Source: Octopus sinensis (lineage: Eukaryota). Taken from it: 64,000 nt of DNA. Made by a program: the position numbers and the translations under genes. Position 1 is the first letter of the stretch, and the number at the start of each line of letters is the position of its first letter. The notes below the pieces were generated by a model, which did not search any database, was not told the DNA's origin, and saw only the letters and a program-made list of their open reading frames with translations. Shown here in pieces: positions 52,010 to 64,000 of this stretch. The stretch is taken from the NCBI RefSeq assembly GCF_006345805.1, contig NC_042997.1, positions 47,554,001-47,618,000 of the forward strand, given 5' to 3'.

Positions 52010-52115
52010 TTTATATATATACATACATACATACATACATACATACATACATACATACATACATACATACATACATACATCATACATACATACGTACATA
52101 CTTACATACATACAT
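52010..52115. repeat. (ATAC)n
   Basis: Direct reading. Confidence 0.95.
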
Positions 52116-52172
52116 CGACTGAGGTAAGAAAACTCCTCCGTCTTCCCCTCTTTGGATATTTGCTTTTCCTAT

Positions 52173-52207
52173 GTTTCTGACGAAGAGTTCTGCTCGAAAC
52201 GTTAAAC
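52173..52207 (+). ncRNA. Minimal type-I hammerhead ribozyme motif (Penelope-type)
   Basis: GTTT-CTGACGA-A-GAG-ttctg-CTC-GAAA-CG-TT-AAAC. Intact CUGANGA and GAAA cores, helix I GTTT/AAAC, 3-bp helix II, palindromic ACGT helix III and triplet GUU. It sits in a pLTR-like block (52117-52305). Confidence 0.7.
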
Positions 52208-52301
52208 CCTCCTTCTTTCCTTTTTTTCTGAGCGTCCAATAATAGTATACTTGTTCCACGTCCTCGCGTTGTTGCGTTTTTTTGTGCTTTCTTGTTTGGA
52301 T

Positions 52302-52382
<81 letters not shown>

Positions 52383-52806
52383 GCATACATACAATTTGGT
52401 CTCTTATATGTAAGTATATATTTATCTAAATCTTGTACGACTCTTTTCTTTCTTTCTATCAGCACTTTGTATCGTCTACCTGGATGTTTTGTTGTCCTTT
52501 TTTTTATCATCAAACTGTCTATATGTTTTGCGTTTTTGTCTCATTTTGTATTATATATATATAAATGTGCTGGCTTCTTTCAGTTTCTGTCTACCAAATC
52601 CATTCACAAGGCTACAAATGAAGACGCAAGCCCAATGTGTCACTCGGTGGGACTGAACCAGGAACTATTTCGTGCTTGTGAATGTATATGTGTATGTGAA
52701 CTGCTTAGACAAATAGTCAGAAAGCTGATAGAGAGATAGAAAGAGAGAGAAAGATAGATAAATGGATCGATGAATCGATGGATTTATATGAAAAAGTTAA
52801 TCTTAC

Positions 52807-53049
52807 CTGGAATGCGTTCGTAATAATCAGCGTTGGCAAATACTTGTACCCCTTTGACGCTTTCAGGTGTGGCCTCAGTTAACCAGCAGTTTTTCAGTTT
52901 ACGTTCATAGTCAAAGCCCCTGCAATTAAATCTGGTCTCGAGAATGCAGCGCCGTGCACATTCTTCAACGCTGACACCTGGTATTTTCAGGTTATGTTGT
53001 AACGTTACCACGTGGTTTGGCAGTCGATGAAATAGTTTCTCGTAAGCAG
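52807..53049 (-). CDS. Internal coding exon (243 bp, phase 1-1) encoding one PAN/apple domain; host gene unidentified
   Basis: Acceptor CTCTATTTTATCTTCCACAG|CT (intron ends at 53050) and donor CCAG|GTAAGA (intron starts at 52806). Open frame AYEKLFHRLPNHVVTLQHNLKIPGVSVEECARRCILETRFNCRGFDYERKLKNCWLTEATPESVKGVQVFANADYYERIP, with the PAN pattern SVEECAxxC...CxxFxY......CxL...DYYE. Confidence 0.92.
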
Positions 53050-53154
53050 CTGTGGAAGATAAAATAGAGTTGGAAAAACGTGAGACCAATATACACATAA
53101 AATTGCCTTTCTGCTTTCTCCTCCTTTCTTTCTATCTCTGTCTGTCTGTCTGTA

Positions 53155-53185
<31 letters not shown>

Positions 53186-53789
53186 TGTTTCTTTCATTTG
53201 CTCATTGACGGGGTATATATACATGCTATTACAGATATGTATATTAATAACGACTTAATATGTATTAGATTTCTATGTGTATATTGAGGGCTTAATTTTG
53301 GATACACTTCAGAGATTTATAATGCAGTGTGTGTGTGTGTTCATGTGTGTGTATATGTGTGTGAGTGTATTTGAACGAATACTTGTTAAATAGGGAGCTC
53401 TGTAGATAGTGGACTCTTGCGGAAAAACTGGGGGTATGTATATGTGTGTGTGTTTGCCCGTAAGATTTTACATATAACATTCATGTGTGTGAATATGTGT
53501 GGGAATAACGTTTGCATATTTGTGTGTGCGTTTGCGTGAGTGGGTGTGTGCCTGTGTGTGTGTCTGTATTTGTGCGTGTGTGTATGTATGTTGTTTTGTG
53601 CGCTGTGTGCGTGGGGAAAGTAAACATGTCTGAGAGAAAGGGGAAATGCTGGTATTATAATTTGGTCCTTATTCTAACATGTTATAGAATTGCTACCAAT
53701 TCTACAAATTCCAGTAACTAAGATAGTATAGTAATTTTAGATACCATGAAGGGGAAAGGAGAGTTCAATTCAAATCATCAATTGTTAAC

Positions 53790-54020
53790 TCGGACTGGCA
53801 GAAGCGTTAGCACGCCGATTAAAGTGCTTAGCCGTATTTCGTCTGTCGTTACGTTCTGAAATCAAATTCCGCCGATGTCGATTTTGCCTATCATCCTTTC
53901 GGGGTCGATGAAATAAGTACCAGTTACGCAGTTACGCACTGGGGTCGATGTATTCCCTTTGTCTATCCCTGTGTGTCCCCTCTATGTTTAGCCCCCTTTG
54001 TGGACAATAAAGAAATAAAA
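53790..54020 (+). mobile_element. SINE family B, long-tail variant
   Basis: CTGGCAGAAGCGTTAGCACGCC...GGGGTCGATGAAATAAGTACCAG...GTTTAGCCCCCTTTGTGGACAATAAAGAAATAA. Confidence 0.9.
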
Positions 54021-54419
54021 ATTACCTAGTAAATGTCGTATGAAACTCGGTGTGAAATAGAAGTACAGTTAAACAAAGGTGAAATACTGTACGTATTTTG
54101 CGGTTTGCTGTATCATTCTGTATCCCATGTTCAATCGATTGAATGGTAAGATAAATATCAATATCAATTTATATACTTCTATTGATATATGTGCATATGT
54201 TGGTGTGAGTATGTGTGAGTACATATGTATACATACATAATTCCCAAATGAAGAAAGTATTTATCCACCAATGCGGAGTTGAGCATTCATTCCAACGTTC
54301 TACTTTTACGTATATACATACTTATATATGTGTCTGTGTGTGTGTGTATGTATGTATGTATGTATGTATGTGTGTATGAATGAATACACATTAGTATATG
54401 TTGTTTTTATATGTACATG

Positions 54420-54480
<61 letters not shown>

Positions 54481-54505
54481 GATAGATAGATAGATAGATA
54501 GATAG

Positions 54506-54559
<54 letters not shown>

Positions 54560-54560
54560 T
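54420..54560. repeat. (TA)n-(GATA)n
   Basis: Direct reading. Confidence 0.95.
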
Positions 54561-55344
54561 GAAGAGAGTGTGGTTTAAAGGAAGGAATAGTGGAAAGAAC
54601 TGAATTCAAGATACAATGAATAATGAGTAACTCTTAAGGAAGTAATGATTGTCAGGAGGCGAAAAGAAAAGATGAAATAAGTTGGTAAAATGATGGATGA
54701 CCTGAGGACGAAAACATATCGTCTACGTCTAAAAGACAGCTATATAGAGCAGAGCAACAATGAGAAATGATTAATTGCAAGATAAACAGTAGCGGAATGC
54801 GATTTTGTGTTCACCAACGCAAACATAATAATACTGAACATTTGAGCAATAATGGTGGTGAAATGAAAGATCGTTAGTGTTGGATAATAATAATCGGAGA
54901 GCGTCAGATCTTAGTTCAGTACCGTTATATTCTGGATTTAGGTATGTTTTTTCTTTTTTGTTCTGTTTGCCGAATTCAGATTATACCCATGACGACTTGG
55001 TCTTTCGATATTCTGGGGCCTATAAAATAAGCTTACGTCGAATATAATCGATGAGATGTGTGATAGTGGCGCCCACAATTACTATCAAAATATGATCACC
55101 AAAAATATGTGCTATCAAAAACAATGAATTTGTGTAAAAGAAACAAATTGTGTGAGAGATATTTATATTTCTCATGAAGAAAAAAAGGAGCAGTATAGTG
55201 TCATTTACGCTGGAGCTTATTTAACAAGATATAAGTGAAGCAGCAATGTTAAGATTCGAAATTAGGTTTAAGAAATCTTGAGCGCTGATGGGATTTTTAC
55301 ATCAGTTTTTTTAAGCTTTCTCTATATTGTGCCTTGGGAGAATC

Positions 55345-55536
55345 ATTCTTTTCTTTGCTACAAGGCCCGAAATTTTGGGTGAGGGGCCAGTTGATTAGAC
55401 CGACGCCAGTACGCAACTGGTACTTAAGTTAACGACCCCGAAAGGATGAAAGGCAATGTCGACCTGGGCAGAATATGAACTCAGAACGTAAAGACAGACG
55501 AAACACCGCTAACGTTTCTGCCAGCTCACCGCCTTC
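55345..55536 (-). mobile_element. SINE family B, short-tail variant with an internal deletion in the head
   Basis: ...CCCCGAAAGGATGAAAGGCAATGTCGAC...CGCTAACGTTTCTGCCAGCTCACCGCCTT. Confidence 0.85.
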
Positions 55537-55799
55537 CTTCGAGAATCATGACGCCAATAATGATAATATACGCTCAGGCTCCATTGCAATTCTTTATTGA
55601 TAGCCAATGGGTTAAATATCAAACCAACTAACAAATCAGTCGTTAAACATCTGATCGGTTATTTATTTCTTCATGAAAGTTCTTTTGTCGCTGTTCGCTA
55701 CCATTTCAGTGACTCGGTGACACCCCTCCGCTCGCTACAAGGTCTGTGCGGTTGTCTGAGAATTGGACTTACTTAAGTGTGTATAAGAGTGAGAATAAA

Positions 55800-56680
55800 T
55801 GAAAATTTTGTGTGTGTGTGGTGTGTATGTGTGTGTACGTGCGCGAGTGTACGTGCGTGTGCACCTGTGTATGGCGGTGTGTGTGCACACACGCGTGACT
55901 GCTCGTATATGTGCTTGTGAGTTTATGTGTGTGTTTGTGTGTGTACTAGCCATCCGTGCCCTCTTTAAGGGTTCATTCATTTGTCTATTTTTTGGAGGGT
56001 TGGTGGGGGTCTGTCTTATATCTGCTGAAGATTTATGGGTCTAAGGTGTAGTTCCTTTATGTGGGGAGGGAGAAGAGAAGAGAGTAGGTGTGTGTGTGTG
56101 TGTAAGCATCTATATGTGAGTGTCAGTATCTGCATGCATACATGGGTGTGGGAGGAAGTGTGTGTTGCACTTGTGCATATGTGCGGTCCAGTGTTTGTGT
56201 GGTTGAGTACGTTAGGGTGCGTGTATGTCTGACCGTGGGAATATGAGTGAATTCCAGTATGTGTGAGTACGTATCTGTGCTTTTGTTCTTATGTGTGTGC
56301 TTATGTGTCCTTGTGTCCGTTTTTGTACATTCTGGTGTGCGCGTGTGCCAGCGCATGTACGTGTGTGTGTATGTGTGCAGGTGTACCTGCGTATGTGTGT
56401 GTGTATGCGTAATGAGTGTGTATGCGTAGTGCGTATGCCTGCACATATATCTGTACGTATGTGCGCGTGTGTTTGCGGATGTATGTGTGTACGCGTCGTG
56501 TGTGTATATGTGTATGTCTGTGCGTGTGTGTCTGTGCGTGTGTGAGTGTGTGTTTATGGCTGTGTGTTCCCGTGTTCCTCTGTGAATGTGTGTTTATGCG
56601 TGCGGGTGTGTACTTGTCCGTCCGTGCGGGTGTGTACTTGTCCGTCCGTGCGTGAGTGTGGATGTGTATCTCAGACTTGC
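55800..56680. repeat. Cryptic (GT)-rich low-complexity field of about 0.9 kb, including a 24-bp tandem pair
   Basis: Degenerate GT/GC/AT dinucleotides. CGTGCGGGTGTGTACTTGTCCGTC occurs twice at about 56599-56647. Confidence 0.85.
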
Positions 56681-57617
56681 ACAAGTATAAGTAAGGAGGT
56701 CACAACAATTCGCATGAAAGGGGCCCCCGGGTCGTTGTAGAAATGAAGGCCTGAAATTTGGAAGGAATACAGCAAATGGATCCCCTTCTCTACCAATTAG
56801 GTTTGAAACGCAAATTTGTTCTTGGAGGGATTTGAATTCAAAATGCAATGAATCGGAAGTAAGTGTTGCTAATTATTTTGTCCGAGATGCTAACGATTCT
56901 GGCAGCAAGTCACCGTCACTTAATATATTTCATTTGCACAACACATTTATATCTTGTGGCGGTTGGAATTAGCAAATATCTAGTAAAAGACAGCTGTTTT
57001 GTTGCTTTATTATTTGTAATCTCAACAACAATTTCCCATTTCTGTTACATTTTAGATAAGAGGATACAAAATCCGGCTTCGTTCCAATTATTTCAATAAC
57101 TGTGAGATAATTTCCCATTAATGAGAGAAGGCATAAATTATATTAATTATTGTTTTCTTATTTTACATAAATAACCCCAGGTAAAAGAGTAAATATCCTC
57201 CTGAACTATACGTGTTACTCAAATGATAAGGTTCTTTACATCACATTTACGTCAAGTTTTGGGAAGTTTCGGTTTAGAAATTACTAAATAGCAATATCAG
57301 GGGAGAAAGATATGGCCTATTATTTTTAATTCTATTGTGTATTATAATCCCTTTTCTCGACTGATCTTACTGAAATTAAACTAATATACAATGTCAAAAA
57401 GCACAGTTGAAATCTGAGGTCCACATCGGTTGGGTTTGTGTTAAGAATTCAAAGGGTTGCGTGCCAAATTTCATATGAAAATGAATATTAAATTTATAAT
57501 ATTTCCCGTCATTACTTACGAACACACACGCGCACACGCACTCACAGGCACACATATACATTCATATATATATGTAAACATATATATATATATACACATT
57601 CAATTACACACAAACAA

Positions 57618-57676
<59 letters not shown>

Positions 57677-57679
<3 letters not shown>

Positions 57680-58652
57680 CCGTAATAATGAAGGGTGAAA
57701 TTAATTAATTTGGAATAATTATCAATTACACCAAGTAGTCTTCGGCATGTAAAAGCCTCATTCGAGGAAAATTTAAGTAATACTAAGCAATAAAGGGTTT
57801 AGCAACGAATTGCCTTACCACATACCGAATTTAGAAATAGCAGTCAAAGAGTTATAGCTATTTCTTCTACTAAAAAGGGAGATCTCAGTAAAAACAGCAA
57901 TTGGAAGGCAGACACAAACAGGTAAGAGAGAATGAATTGACGGCAATCTATCATACAATTTTAAGTTATCTACGGACGTACGTTTCGAAATCAAGTTTTT
58001 AGGAAAGCATAAGAATTAAATATTAAATAATTCTATCTTACCAAGAACTTCTTTTCTCTTCAAGTAGAATACTATAATCATAAATGATTATATATTGAAT
58101 TTTAAGATACTAGAAGGCACCAACTCAACTCAGTATCAGAGCGAGCTAGAATCCGCAACTAGTATCACCAAATTCAATGTGTGAATGGAAAGATTGTGTC
58201 ACCAGCCCCTTCCCACCCGCGTGTAGCCAAAACAAGATGCTGTGGTCATCTACTGAGATAAAATATGGTTATCCGTAATAATGAAGGGTGAAATTAATTA
58301 ATTTGGAATAATTATCAATTACACCAAGTAGTCTTCGGCATGTAAAAGCCTCATTCGAGGAAAATTTAAGTAATACTAAGCAATAAAGGGTTTAGCAACG
58401 AATTGCCTTACCACATACCGAATTTAGAAATAGCAGTCAAAGAGTTATAGCTATTTCTTCTACTAAAAAGGGAAATATCAGTAAAAACAGCAATTGGAAG
58501 GCAGACACAAACAGGTAAGAGAGAATGAATTGACGGCAATCTATCATACAATTTTAAGTTATCTACGGACGTACGTTTCGAAATCAAGTTTTTAGGAAAG
58601 CATAAGAATTTATTTAATATTTAATTCGTTGCTAACCCTTTATTGCTTAGTA
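57677..58652. repeat. 341-bp near-identical direct repeat with a 252-bp spacer and a short inverted tail, between (TA)n tracts
   Basis: 57677-58017 equals 58270-58610 (offset 593); I see only 2 mismatches (GGGAGATCTC vs GGGAAATATC). Segment 58624-58652 is the reverse complement of 57781-57811. Confidence 0.9.
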
Positions 58653-58688
58653 TATATATATATATATATATATATTGATATTGATATT

Positions 58689-58733
<45 letters not shown>

Positions 58734-58745
58734 ATATGATATTGA

Positions 58746-58783
<38 letters not shown>

Positions 58784-59414
58784 TGTGTGTGTTTGTGTGT
58801 TTGAATGTATGTGTGTGTACACGAAACAAAACAAATATTCGTTTCGAAGGAAAATATTGCCTCGAGGGCATTTTATTATTTGCTTTCATTAATGTGTCTA
58901 TTTATACATACATATATATATATGAAACAATTTTCAGCCAAACAGGATTGTAAATAAAATTAGATAATATAAATAAAAAAGCACCTTTTATTAAATTTCA
59001 TTCAAATTTGAAAGCAATTATAAAAAATATACACGGCACACCTTTCTAAAATATCGAAACTAATGTATGTGCATATGCATAGGTGTGCTTTGGTGTACAT
59101 TTGCGTACCTGCATGTTGGTGCGTGTTCGTGCGTGCGTGCATGTGTGTGTGTGTGTGTGTGTGTGTGCACGCCTGTGTATGTGCGTGCGTGAGTGTGTGC
59201 ATGTGCTCGAGATTATTTGTTTGTTTGGAGAGTCTCTGAATGTTTTACAAGAATTTCAATTAAACGTATTCTTTAGTTTTGATTGAAAATGTCAAAGAAG
59301 TATTCACTTGAAAAACTGGAAATGATGAAATAAGAACAAAACTTATTTTACCGTTTTGGCATTTATGTTTTATTTAAACTATTTACAACAATAACATCAT
59401 AAAGGACAGAAACT

Positions 59415-59417
59415 ATT

Positions 59418-59448
<31 letters not shown>

Positions 59449-59509
59449 TATTATTATTATTATTATTATTTTCATTATTATCATTATTATTGTTATTGTT
59501 GTTGTTATC

Positions 59510-59549
<40 letters not shown>

Positions 59550-59640
59550 TATTATTATTATTATTATCATTACTATTATTGTTGTTGTTGTTGTTTTTGC
59601 TACTGTTGTTGCTATTGTTGTTATTGTTCATATTATTGAA
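59415..59640. repeat. (ATT)n/(GTT)n tracts
   Basis: Direct reading. Confidence 0.9.
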
Positions 59641-61064
59641 GTGTAAAATTAATAATGGCAAAGTGCCATGTTTTTTCCCTCAGAAGGGGTTCGTTGCAGA
59701 TCAATTAGATATGTTAGGGTTACAGTATAATAACAATTTTCTTCCACACATTCACAAGCGCATATTTATTCATTAGCAGAAAATACATACGAGCAAATTC
59801 AATCCCCAAATTATTACAGATTGCACCGTCCTTCTATAAATTTGAAGAACTCAGGTGTGTTCTCATACTTTTACTATTAGTTTCTTCTTTGCCCCACTAA
59901 CCATAAATCAACCGTTAACAGTTTTTCATAGGAAAAGGTGAGAGGTAGAGAATCATTAATTTCTTTAACATTGCTTCAAAATTGCTGATAGGGACCAGAC
60001 GATTATATCGATCATAGAATTTAGCTGATACAATTTTATTGCTCCGAGTAGCATCAACGGCAGATTTGCCCTTAGTGGGATAGGAATTCAAAACTGAATC
60101 AGTAAGTAATAGTTAGAGCTGTATAGATTTTATCAATCAATAGCAATTTTTAAATATATCTATAACTAATATCCCTCACAACTAAATCCATGAAAATAAG
60201 CCTCTTTGAACAGGAACTCGGCTCATGATATTATATAAAAAAGATGAATTATTCAGCCTAAGTACCGGTCTTGTCCATTAATCTGATACAGATTATCAAT
60301 GATTTCTTTCATTTGGATAATCTCTGATATGCAAGAGTTATGTTGGCAGAAGTCATTGCTTAACCATAATGTTTAAAAGGGTTAATCATGTCACGTGATT
60401 GAAGGAATAATGTGCGAAAATGAATATAATGGAGACTAGAAAAAGAATCTTTAGGAATTGATGAAATTATTGAAGACATTTAACTCGAGCCTCATCTGCC
60501 TGAGGTTTTCTCAATATATCTCGTAAATAATTCACAGTTTTCTCGTTTTTTTTCTTCTTTGTTTTGTTTTTCAATGAATCTGTCCTGGCTATCATTGCAT
60601 ATTCCTAACGTATTCATTACTCTTTAAACGAAACCACACATAAAAAAACACATTCTCTTTTGTTTTTCGAATTTTAGTCGAAAAAGTAACGATATAAATG
60701 TACGAAGTCTATATGTTATTTAACATAATTGTGTAATTATGTTTCTTCGAAAAACATTCGAAAATTCTGGGAAAATCAGCTGCTTATTATAATGGAAATT
60801 TATGAAATATGAAACTTCTATGGTCAAGTGATCCATAATCAAACCTTTCGCAAGATAGTATACACAGTCTTTAACGCCGAGAAAGTCTAAAGTGAAATTC
60901 ACTTTAGACTCCTCATTTCTTTTACCATATGTCTGTAAATGTTCTTGCACTTGCTTTTGATAATGTCCAGTTGGTTACTTTCAGATAAACATTTCTTCCT
61001 TACTATTATGATACAGAAATTAATGAAACAATACAGCTTTGTAGAGTTAAGAGATATGAAGATA

Positions 61065-61480
61065 GGCGCAGGAGTGGCTGTGTGGTAAGTAGCTTGCTAA
61101 CCAACCGCATGGTTCCGGGTTCAGCCCCACTGCGTGGCATCTTGGGCAAGTGTCTTCTGCTATAGCCCCGGACCGACCAATGCCTTGTGAGTGGATTTGG
61201 TAGACGGAAACTGAAAGAAGCCTGTCGTATATATGTATATATATGTATATGTGTGTGTGTGTATTTATGTGTCTGTGTTTGTCCCCCTAGCATTGCTTGA
61301 CAACCGATGCTGGTGTGTGTACGTCCCCGTCACTTAGCGGTTCGGCAAAAGAGACCGATAGAATAAGTACTGGGCTTACAAAGAATAAGTCCCGGGGTCG
61401 ATTTGCTCGACTAAAGGCGGTGCTCCAGCATGGCCGCAGTCAAATGACTGAAACAAGTAAAAGAGTAAAAGAGTAAAGAG
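61065..61480 (+). mobile_element. Composite SINE family A, full length
   Basis: Homologous over its whole length to 1612-2011. Tail (TAAAAGAG)n. Confidence 0.92.
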
Positions 61481-61759
61481 AATATACAAAATTACATATC
61501 ATAGACATATTTGTATATACAATGTCAAAGGCCCATAAACCAGAGATTTGTGTAGCGGCGTAAGGTAAGATTACAAGAGTGTAAATACGGTATTATCTAA
61601 ATAGTGTAGCATTGTGTGTGATCAAAAATACGCGTTTGTAAATATGTATACCAGTTTATGGTATACTCAGCGTCTTATTAACCATAGTAAAACCAGAGGA
61701 ACCTCTCTGCTTCTTTCGATCTTTCAGTCTGTCCATTCTCTTCTCTTTACTCACTCTGC

Positions 61760-62010
61760 GTGTGTACACATTCACACACCACACACACACACACACACAT
61801 ACACACAAACACACACATACGTACGCACGCACACACAGACACGCATATACGCAAATACACAAATGCATACGCTCAGGCATACATAATTATAAACATTTAT
61901 ATATATGTATGTGTGTGTGTGTGTGTGCACTACACACTGTCAAATATTATATACTTATACATATATATATGTATGTACATATGTGTGCGTATATATCTGT
62001 GCACACACCA
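61760..62010. repeat. (CA)/(TA)/(TG) field
   Basis: Direct reading. Confidence 0.85.
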
Positions 62011-62174
62011 AAACTGTTAATTGTACCCCTAACTAATTGATCTGTTAGATTACAATAGCAGCAGATTTTCTTTGGTCATATCTTCCACTAGAGAAGCTAA
62101 ACAAAAATCCGCCTCAACACAGAAGTCTCTTACAAATAGAAATGTATAAATACATAAATATAATGATAATAGAT

Positions 62175-62219
<45 letters not shown>

Positions 62220-62810
62220 GCCATCAATGTGATTTCTCTTTCTAAACACTTTCCCGAATTTGCGTATTTGATTTTGTTTTCTTATTTATTTCTTCTGAAA
62301 AAAGGTTTCCATTTACCATATAATTTCATTGTCATGAATCATTTGTTTTATAGATTGATGAACGATAATTATAAACAAAAGGAGTGGGGAAATACATTCG
62401 CATATAAGGAATTGTGGAGATAGTTTTATTGTTATTAAATTGCAATTACGTCTAAGTAGAATTAATTGACAACATCGATTCAGTTTTCTCTCGTTCGAAC
62501 ATGGTAGAAAAACAGACGAGATGTGTTGGTATGGGAAAAGAGAAATAAATAAATAACAAGGAACAGCTACATTGAAAGGAATAAGAAATAGAGTAGGAGT
62601 GAGGAAAATGTATCTTCTGCCTCTCCTGCGGTAGACTAACATCTTAATTATAGACTGGGCTTAGCGTTTATTGTGGTCTATAGCATATTCCGTGGCATGA
62701 AGTGATATTTTGATGAATTATGAATAAAGAGGTATATATAAATCAGGGAGGTATATATATATATATATATATATAACAGGTTTTGTTGAATTTTCTGCTG
62801 CTTTAATAAA

Positions 62811-62852
<42 letters not shown>

Positions 62853-62975
62853 CGAGAGAGAGAGAGAGAGAAGAGAGAAAATATGTATGTATAACACAAT
62901 TGTAAGTACGCTATTCTTTTTCAGTTTTCATCTGAATATATATACGTATTATCTGTGTATGCGCATATTCTCACG

Positions 62976-63007
<32 letters not shown>

Positions 63008-63008
63008 T

Positions 63009-63276
63009 GGAGGCGCAATGACCCAGTGGTTAGGGTAGCGGTCTCGCGGTCGTAGGATCGCGGTTTTGATTCCCAGACTGGGCGTTGTGAATGTTTATTG
63101 AGCGAAAACACCTAAACCTCCACGAGGGAGTAGTGGCGATCCCTGCTGTACTCTTTCGCCACAACTTTCTCTCACTCTGTCTTCTGTTGGCTTGCTCGCC
63201 TAGCCAATGGGGTGGTGTCATTTGAAGGCTAAAATAATGCGAAGCGCATTGAGACTAGCGATGTGTAGCAACATCT
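63009..63276 (+). mobile_element. SINE family C with an alternative 3' module
   Basis: Head and body are homologous to 561-750. They are followed by GGCTTGCTCGCCTAGCCAATGGGGTGG...GCGATGTGTAGCAACATCT, unlike the 17220 copy. Confidence 0.85.
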
Positions 63277-64000
63277 AATATATTTCGTTATATATTAGAA
63301 ATAATTTTCGCAAAATCAATAATCCACCAGGGATCACGATTTCGAAATCGTCTCAGAGTATCGCTCCTTCTAATGATACCGGGTTACGTTGATGTTACCG
63401 GAGAATAACCGGGCTCTTCTAGGTCTCTGCATAGGAAATATTACATTTAGCATCTCAAGCAAGTGTAGCAGCTCTAATATTTCCAACCGGGAAGCTTCGT
63501 CGTTATTGATTATAGATGTCCAACCATAACTTCATTCAAATCCACTTGAGGCTTATAGATATCAGCATTATTTAGAACCCTCGCTCTCCGTTTTCTTATA
63601 TTTATGCTGTTTCCACGTTTCTTCTTGCTATCTCTCTATCGAAAACAACTGCTCGCACCTTGCTAACTATTGCAGTTGCTTGGGCGTTGTGCAATATTAT
63701 TTTTTTACATTAGCAAAGAAGGTATCTGTTACGTCAGCAAGCCTAATTTCTGAAGGATAATTTTTACGCAGCCAGAATATGAGTTAATGATTTGAAATCT
63801 CAGGATTGTTAACTTTCAGCATTGTTACTCAAAACCACTGCTTAACATTGGCAAGGACTTCAGGTTCCCCATACATTATTCTCGGAATATGACCCGCTCG
63901 TTATATTTTTTATAACAGGTTCAACGATAGTCTCCGTTGATATACAAGTGGAATATCTAAGTATTCCTAGAAAAAGCCTGTTCCACTAGAATGTTAATCT

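Noticed and set aside
57965-58010. Minus-strand CGAAACGTACGTC (GAAA, palindrome, GUC) in the 341-bp repeat
   Set aside because: The upstream core reads CTAAAAA, and helices I and II do not pair. At most it is a decayed motif.
60720-60950. 76-aa minus ORF upstream of the PAN exon
   Set aside because: No convincing splice sites, signal peptide or domain.
5230-62423. Numerous 60-150 aa ORFs rich in YI, HT, CV, MYVC, poly-I, poly-K or poly-L
   Set aside because: They are read-throughs of di-, tri- and tetranucleotide microsatellites with no coding signature.
63300-64000. Possible minus-strand R4/Dong-like RT debris (VYQ-GD, ESEG motifs)
   Set aside because: The motifs need several assumed indels. 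A translated search is required before calling it.
1-64000. CRISPR arrays, rRNA genes, operons, telomeric arrays
   Set aside because: None seen. The sequence is eukaryotic, and its repeats lack repeat-spacer periodicity.

Overview
AT-rich, microsatellite-saturated metazoan genomic DNA. From recall of the SINE families it is most likely a coleoid cephalopod (Octopus); I have not verified this. I can support only one host-gene exon: a 243-bp phase 1-1 exon on the minus strand (53049->52807) with canonical splice sites, encoding one PAN/apple domain. The rest is intron-like or intergenic and is filled with mobile-element remnants. These include at least four tRNA-derived SINE families, CR1-like, RTE-like, R4/Dong-like, HERO-like and L1/Tx1-like LINE fragments, and a Penelope-like GIY-YIG remnant. 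There are also six Tc1/mariner remnants (mariner-type, maT/DD37D-like and a near full-length DD37E element), a non-autonomous Helitron, and several fold-back or direct-repeat structures. Nearly all entries in the supplied ORF track are microsatellite read-throughs or transposon debris. The most interesting signals are two minimal type-I hammerhead ribozyme motifs of the Penelope type (35801-35852 minus; 52173-52207 plus), twin long palindromes embedded in (TA)n (48650-49359), and two pseudo-LTR-like direct-plus-inverted repeat structures. SINE module and tail swapping and a phased SINE tandem array are also notable. I found no convincing multi-gene novel system. All alignments and translations were done by eye, so boundaries of degenerate elements are approximate (about +/-10-20 bp).
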